64,000 nucleotides of DNA from Lachnospiraceae bacterium (GTDB taxonomy: Bacteria > Bacillota > Clostridia > Lachnospirales > Lachnospiraceae), in contig JAFZUY010000033.1 of the NCBI GenBank assembly GCA_017618075.1, positions 2,822-66,821 of the forward strand, given 5' to 3'. A model generated the notes under the pieces. That model did not search any database. It was not told where the DNA came from and saw only the letters and a program-made list of their open reading frames with translations. Positions within the stretch are counted from its first letter, which is position 1; each line of letters begins with the position of its first letter. Position numbers and translations under genes: made by a program. Shown in pieces: positions 58,694 to 64,000 of this stretch.

Positions 58694-59131
58694 ATGGCTG
58701 TTATAATATTCGGAAACATGGAAAAGACCAAAATAATCGGAGTCAGAGGAGACAAAATGGCATGTTATAACTGCCATCGCGAGTACAGTCAGAACCTGAT
58801 TCTTCAGGCCGAGTACTTTCATATAGACTATATTCCCATCGCTCATCACAGTGACAGGGATGTATATAATACAGTGTGTCCCATCTGCGGATTCCGCGAT
58901 TTCATTCAAACCTTCAGAGCCACAGCAATGCTGGATCAGACAGTTTCCAAAGAGGTTCAGGATATTTCCTATCTTGCGGTAAAAAAAGATAAAAAGTTAT
59001 ACGATTTTGTCGCAATGGACAATCTTACCAAGGAGCAGATTTTTATCGCATCCAATGTCAAAAAGGGTATGATAAAGAGCGGAGTCAGACTTCGCGGCGC
59101 CAAGAAAAAAGACATTATTTACATTGTATAA
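58694..59131 (+). CDS. Zinc-ribbon domain protein
   Basis: IIFG start, CYNC..YFHIDYIP..CPICG. Confidence 0.75.
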   Translation: MAVIIFGNMEKTKIIGVRGDKMACYNCHREYSQNLILQAEYFHIDYIPIAHHSDRDVYNTVCPICGFRDFIQTFRATAMLDQTVSKEVQDISYLAVKKDKKLYDFVAMDNLTKEQIFIASNVKKGMIKSGVRLRGAKKKDIIYIV

Positions 59132-59163
59132 AAGTTTTACACCGAATTACGAGGAGAATATTA

Positions 59164-61143
59164 GTGAATAATTCAAGAAGAAGAGTAATAATCATTCCCG
59201 TCGGAGCCATATTAACTTTAATTACTATGGCTGCCTTTTTTCTTGGAAATACAGTCGGGCCCAAAAGAAAAATAGGAGCATATGTTCATGCGGATAAACT
59301 GATAGCGTCCGATCTTTCCGAGTCTCAAAAGCAGTATGTATATACTTATTTTACCGGCGAACTGGAAAAAGTATATGAAACAAATATAGATAATGTTCCT
59401 TATGTCTGCGCACAGGTCAAAGAGAAAGACAGGACCTGGACTGTGATTATCGGTGAATCCGGAAGATACAAGGGTGATGTATTAAAGGATCATATAGGGG
59501 AAACATTCAAGTGGTTTGGATGTTTTCGTTCGAAGCACTATACATACTATCTTGAACTTCAGCCGGCATCGGATCTTTATATTCAGAAAAAATCCGGTAA
59601 GAGTGCATTTACGTCGGATGATTTTATGATGTCGGCGGAAGATATCTTAAAATGGTGTGATGAGAACTGTCCGATTATTACATATAAGGAGACTTTTGGC
59701 GGTAACGGATTTCACAGAAGTATCGGTCGTGTGAACAATATAGAATATGCTACGTTTGGCATCAGTTTTGATTTGACGCAGAAAGAACCTTCGGGATATA
59801 CCGAAAGCCCTTTTGCGGCCATAACATACGGCGGAAGCGACCGTTTCAAGAACGGACTGATCGAAGAAGGAAAGACATATATTATTTATTATAAAATTGA
59901 TGACGGTTCTTATGTACTGTACGGATGCAAAGAGACCGACGATCTGGAGACTTTATATTCCAAGGAGAAAACCGACCATTCATCGGCTGTTTCTTATGAT
60001 GAAACCGAAGAAACCGACGAACAGGTAAAGTTTGTTATCGACAGTCTGGATGAAATCGTAAAACCCAAAGACGGCGAGAAGAATCCTTATATCTGCGTTG
60101 CTGACATAAATGGTGACGGTATTAAGGAAGTGTATGTTTCATATGTCGGAAGCGAGACCGAGAGTTTTGCGAGAACCGAAATATTTGAAGTAAACGAAGA
60201 GCTTGACGGATTTAATAAAATGCAGACCGATGAATTCGTTTTAAGTCCTTTCTTTTATGAGAAGCCGAAGAGAGAAATATTCCGGCCCGTAAAATATTTA
60301 AAGACGGAAGAAAAAGAGTATTTTGTCTTTTATGAGGAAAAAGATCCCAACACGGTTAAGATAAAAGTTGCGTCATTATCCGACGGGGTTTATAAAACGG
60401 AAGAAGATTCTCCGGGAGAAATGCTTATATACGACGGCGAATTATACGCTGACGAAAAATACATCTGTTTTAAAAATGCAGAGGGCGAATTGATCGATTC
60501 CGAGGAATTTGCCTCATTGAAACCGGATATAAACGGTGTTTTGGATGAGCATGTATCAAATGTGACATGGATTCTCTGCGGCGATGATTTTGATGCCAAA
60601 AAAGACATTGAGAAGAGCAGCCATCTTGTTTCAAACGAAGAAGGCGGCGCCTCGTCTTTGGAAAAATACCTGGCAGATAGATTTGAAAAGAACAAATACG
60701 AACTGATATCCGAAGATACGGGGGATTTATCCGACAAAGAAGAAGAGTATTATTCGCTTATGACATTCGTTCAGCATTATACTCTGGAAATGCCCATAAA
60801 AGATTATCTGGTTGTCAGCGAATATGGTGAAGAAAGTGATGATCCGGAATACGAAAAGCGTATGAAACTGGATGATCTTAAGGCTTTCTATGAAAAGTAT
60901 ACGAAGAAAAAACGAACTTTTGACAAGAACGAATTCTCGCATGAGGAAATCGGTGTTGATTTGAAGGAAAACGGATATGTATACGCTTATAAAGCTGAAG
61001 ATGCCGTGTTTGGCAAAAAAGTTATAATAAGCCAGACAACGGATATCGGAGATACCTTACGTTTAAAAACGTATATTCTGGATGATTCGCAAATGACTGC
61101 GGATTCATTCGGATATGAAGCTGCCAAATACGGAACAAAGTGA
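59164..61143 (+). CDS. Hypothetical membrane-anchored/secreted protein
   Basis: GTG start with GAGGAG RBS, N-terminal TM, DINGDGIKE (FG-GAP/EF-like) motif. Confidence 0.75.
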   Translation: MNNSRRRVIIIPVGAILTLITMAAFFLGNTVGPKRKIGAYVHADKLIASDLSESQKQYVYTYFTGELEKVYETNIDNVPYVCAQVKEKDRTWTVIIGESGRYKGDVLKDHIGETFKWFGCFRSKHYTYYLELQPASDLYIQKKSGKSAFTSDDFMMSAEDILKWCDENCPIITYKETFGGNGFHRSIGRVNNIEYATFGISFDLTQKEPSGYTESPFAAITYGGSDRFKNGLIEEGKTYIIYYKIDDGSYVLYGCKETDDLETLYSKEKTDHSSAVSYDETEETDEQVKFVIDSLDEIVKPKDGEKNPYICVADINGDGIKEVYVSYVGSETESFARTEIFEVNEELDGFNKMQTDEFVLSPFFYEKPKREIFRPVKYLKTEEKEYFVFYEEKDPNTVKIKVASLSDGVYKTEEDSPGEMLIYDGELYADEKYICFKNAEGELIDSEEFASLKPDINGVLDEHVSNVTWILCGDDFDAKKDIEKSSHLVSNEEGGASSLEKYLADRFEKNKYELISEDTGDLSDKEEEYYSLMTFVQHYTLEMPIKDYLVVSEYGEESDDPEYEKRMKLDDLKAFYEKYTKKKRTFDKNEFSHEEIGVDLKENGYVYAYKAEDAVFGKKVIISQTTDIGDTLRLKTYILDDSQMTADSFGYEAAKYGTK

Positions 61144-61147
61144 TTAT

Positions 61148-61177
61148 AAAAAAAGGACGCCTAAGCGCCCTTTTTTG
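61148..61177. terminator. Bidirectional terminator
   Basis: aaaaaaaggacgc-ctaa-gcgccctttttt between convergent genes. Confidence 0.75.
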
Positions 61178-61181
61178 TTTC

Positions 61182-61940
61182 CTAATCCTCTATCGGAGCA
61201 CATACTCCGCCCGGTTCCGTGGGATCAATACCCAAATCCTCAACAACTGTCGGATAACTTATGGTATCTTCGGTATCCTCAATTTCTTCAGCGGTATCCT
61301 CGTTTTCTTCAGTATCACTCAAGTCCTCTTGGAAAAACCTCACATTATGTGAATGATTCAAAAGATTATAGTCATAGTTACAAACAGCCGCTTCTATTAT
61401 CCTTTTGTTATCATCAAGGAGTGAGTAAGGTGTTACAATTGTATCCTGACGATAACTGTAAGCTGTTATTCTGTTTTCCACATATTCTTCGGGATCTTCA
61501 TCATAAAATAATACAATTCCCTCTTTTTCAAGTAGGGGTTTAATATTCTCTTCCAGGTCAACAGTTAATTTATCGTTATAATCCGAATCTAAGGCTGTGA
61601 CATTATGAGGATAAAAAAAGTCAGTGAATCCTTTGTAACTTGTCAAAGTATATTCGAAACCATGTTTAACGTCTCTGAATGTACATGTTCTTTTAGGCTC
61701 GGGTTCGGTAACATACACGGAATTAATTAATTCGGCTTCTCCATAGAGATCATTGACATACTTCAAAGCTTTTTCATCCGTATAAACAAAATCCTCTTTC
61801 TCAGGTATATTTTTAACTATGTCTGAACTAATATCTGAAACCGCTTTATCAATCGATAAGAAAAACATGAATAATAAGATTCCCACAGAAGAAAGCGTAA
61901 TAAACATAACCATTATAAAATTGAATATTTTATTATTCAT
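61182..61940 (-). CDS. Hypothetical membrane-anchored protein
   Basis: ATG 61940 with GGAGG RBS, N-terminal TM, acidic tail. Confidence 0.72.
   Translation of the reverse strand: MNNKIFNFIMVMFITLSSVGILLFMFFLSIDKAVSDISSDIVKNIPEKEDFVYTDEKALKYVNDLYGEAELINSVYVTEPEPKRTCTFRDVKHGFEYTLTSYKGFTDFFYPHNVTALDSDYNDKLTVDLEENIKPLLEKEGIVLFYDEDPEEYVENRITAYSYRQDTIVTPYSLLDDNKRIIEAAVCNYDYNLLNHSHNVRFFQEDLSDTEENEDTAEEIEDTEDTISYPTVVEDLGIDPTEPGGVCAPIED
61271..61312. repeat. 21-bp tandem duplication in the acidic tail
   Basis: cggtatcctcaatttcttcag / cggtatcctcgttttcttcag. Confidence 0.6.
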
Positions 61941-62169
61941 AAATTCCCCTCCAAGCATAAACAACTAGTTCCAACTGACTTTATTGTACAATAATAATGA
62001 TTGTAAATCGACGAAAAAATGTATATTATCACCTAGATTCATAAAAAATACATAATATATATAACAATTATTAACAGATAGTTCCTTGTCGCTTAATAAG
62101 TTATGGTAAAATTAGAGTTGGCGGAGGAATATCGGTTTACCCGATTTATTCATGTAAAAGAGGAAAAAA

Positions 62170-64000
62170 ATGAACACAGACATTACAAAAATTAACGAGC
62201 TCGAAAAACGTTTAAGAGCAGAGCATGAAGAACTGGACAGCCTTGTTGCTTCTTACGGGTCCGGTAACGATGATCTTGTCAAAAACAAACTTAAGTATCT
62301 TCAGGCGGAAATTGATTACCTGAACAGCAGCGTCAAACTTCTGAATGAAGTTATGATTGAGGACAGCCTTAAGAAAGAAACTGTCGAAGAACTTCCTGAA
62401 GTTGTGACTGCTATTGGGGATCCGAAGTATAATTCGGCTGTTGAAGAAACTGTAGTAACAGAAACTGCAGAAACTGAAATTCCCGTTGAAGAATTTGTTT
62501 CTGAAGAACCTGTTTTGGCAGAAGAGATTCCTTCCGAAGAGACTCCCGTAAAAGAACCCCTTCCCATGAAGATATGGGTAAGGGAAGATTCTCCTGTTGA
62601 TTTCAATCAGACTGAAGTTAAAATGACTTCCGACAGAGAAGAAGCAGTTCAGAATTACCTTGATAAAGTGGCAGGTAAAAATACTGAAGAAACCGCACCC
62701 GCTGAAGCGGATGTTAAGGAAGACTTTGAAGTCGAAGAAACCATCGAAATTAAGAAAATCCCCGAAACTGTTGTTAAAAAAGAGGAAAAGAAGAAAAAAG
62801 CATCCCTCGAAAACAGAATCGGTCTTCTGGTTATGCCTATCCTGGCAGCAGCGCTTATTTTCATAAGTGTTATTCTTTTAGCCAGTGCACTCCCTGAATC
62901 AATCGGAAATATTATTAAGCAGATTACCATGTTCGTTGCCGGTTTTTCATTTGTCGGCACCGGCCTTGTATTGAATAAAAAGAAAAAAGGCGGAGCCTTC
63001 GGACAGATTCTCATGGCAATCGGCGTAGGAGAATTGTTTGTTTCGCTGGTGGTTTGCAGATTTGCATTTAAATCAATCAACGATCTTTGGTTATTTATTT
63101 TGATTTTTATCTGGTCTGTCGGACTGGTATTTTTGAAACGTTTCTCAAATACGCTCTTCCAGATAATCGGAGAGATTGGTATTTCGATAGCGGTAATTTT
63201 TGGCGTATCTTATTCATTTGCTAACGGCAACCATTCGGGACTTTGGGTAATAACAGCTTTTTATGCATTAACCACGTTAGTATTTTACTTTGTATTCAGA
63301 TTCCGTGCGGAAACCGCAAATGTAATTCTCTTCCATGTATTTAACATATCCAAAATAATCGTTTTGGCGATTGGTGTTCTTTTAGGAATCGCGAATCCGT
63401 TTACAGCAATCGGCGTTGTCGGTATGCTTATTGCCGCAGTCGGATTTATAGGAGCGGCTGATACCATCTTCTCGTTCAAAAGCGACTCTACACTTGATAA
63501 GATTGTTGGCCCCGTAAGTGTGGTTATATATTCGATACAGATTTTCTTTACATCTATGTTCTCGATGATGTATCTTTTGCTCGCGGGTAAGGGTTATGAC
63601 AATTCGCTCTTCGACAAAGGAATCACGGTATTCTTTAATATCATAAAAGATTCAAGATGGATGATGATATCGGTAAGCTGTATATTTGTTATTCTTCTCA
63701 TCCTGCTTGTTGAATTTGTCTGGAAAGAACTTGTTCCAAAGTATTGCACCGAAGCCTTTCTTTCGATGATACTTTTAACATTCCTTTCATTTTCGCTTCC
63801 GACTGTAAAATATGGTTTTATTATAATGATGGTTCTTCTTACGGTTCTTGGTTATGCAAGAAAGAACCATGCTTTAAAAATCGCTGCACTTCTTTTCTAT
63901 ATCGGATATGCATTCCTTCCGAAAGAAGTTGCATTCAGAATAAGTGTTGGTCTTGCGATGGGTATTGCGGTTGTATGCCTTCTTTACCTGACCAAAAAAC
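62170..64000 (+). CDS. DUF2339-like multi-pass membrane protein, 3'-partial
   Basis: ATG 62170 (missing from the ORF track because it runs off the window); coiled coil, acidic linker, SLENRIG..MPILAAALIF, then many TMs. Confidence 0.75.
   Translation, partial: MNTDITKINELEKRLRAEHEELDSLVASYGSGNDDLVKNKLKYLQAEIDYLNSSVKLLNEVMIEDSLKKETVEELPEVVTAIGDPKYNSAVEETVVTETAETEIPVEEFVSEEPVLAEEIPSEETPVKEPLPMKIWVREDSPVDFNQTEVKMTSDREEAVQNYLDKVAGKNTEETAPAEADVKEDFEVEETIEIKKIPETVVKKEEKKKKASLENRIGLLVMPILAAALIFISVILLASALPESIGNIIKQITMFVAGFSFVGTGLVLNKKKKGGAFGQILMAIGVGELFVSLVVCRFAFKSINDLWLFILIFIWSVGLVFLKRFSNTLFQIIGEIGISIAVIFGVSYSFANGNHSGLWVITAFYALTTLVFYFVFRFRAETANVILFHVFNISKIIVLAIGVLLGIANPFTAIGVVGMLIAAVGFIGAADTIFSFKSDSTLDKIVGPVSVVIYSIQIFFTSMFSMMYLLLAGKGYDNSLFDKGITVFFNIIKDSRWMMISVSCIFVILLILLVEFVWKELVPKYCTEAFLSMILLTFLSFSLPTVKYGFIIMMVLLTVLGYARKNHALKIAALLFYIGYAFLPKEVAFRISVGLAMGIAVVCLLYLTKK

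Overview
Chromosomal window from a low-GC Gram-positive anaerobe. Gene content and protein style suggest Clostridia, probably Lachnospiraceae (inference). About 55 CDS, mostly housekeeping or cell-envelope genes: truB, an OGG-type glycosylase, an SbcD/YhaN-like pair, mscL, rplM-rpsI, dfx, putP, a metB-dapF-murE operon, a large GH25 muramidase, pseC, rfbA/rfbC, GT2s, two ABC systems, azlCD, nadE, cysE, metK, dut, reverse rubrerythrin and plsY. Non-coding elements include tRNA-Pro(CGG), a SAM-I riboswitch, a structured rplM leader and a REP-like palindromic element. The first ~7.7 kb is accessory: small detox-type genes, gene remnants and vapBC. I saw no integrase, transposase, CRISPR array or rRNA. 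The two best leads are (1) a tightly coupled cystathionine gamma-synthase / divergent DapF / divergent MurE operon with no room for a Met riboswitch, which could build peptidoglycan with a cysteine thioether (lanthionine or cystathionine) instead of meso-DAP, and (2) a conserved 32-bp site directly after stop codons in the left-hand accessory array, suggesting cassette-like gene acquisition. All calls come from reading motifs by eye; no searches were run.
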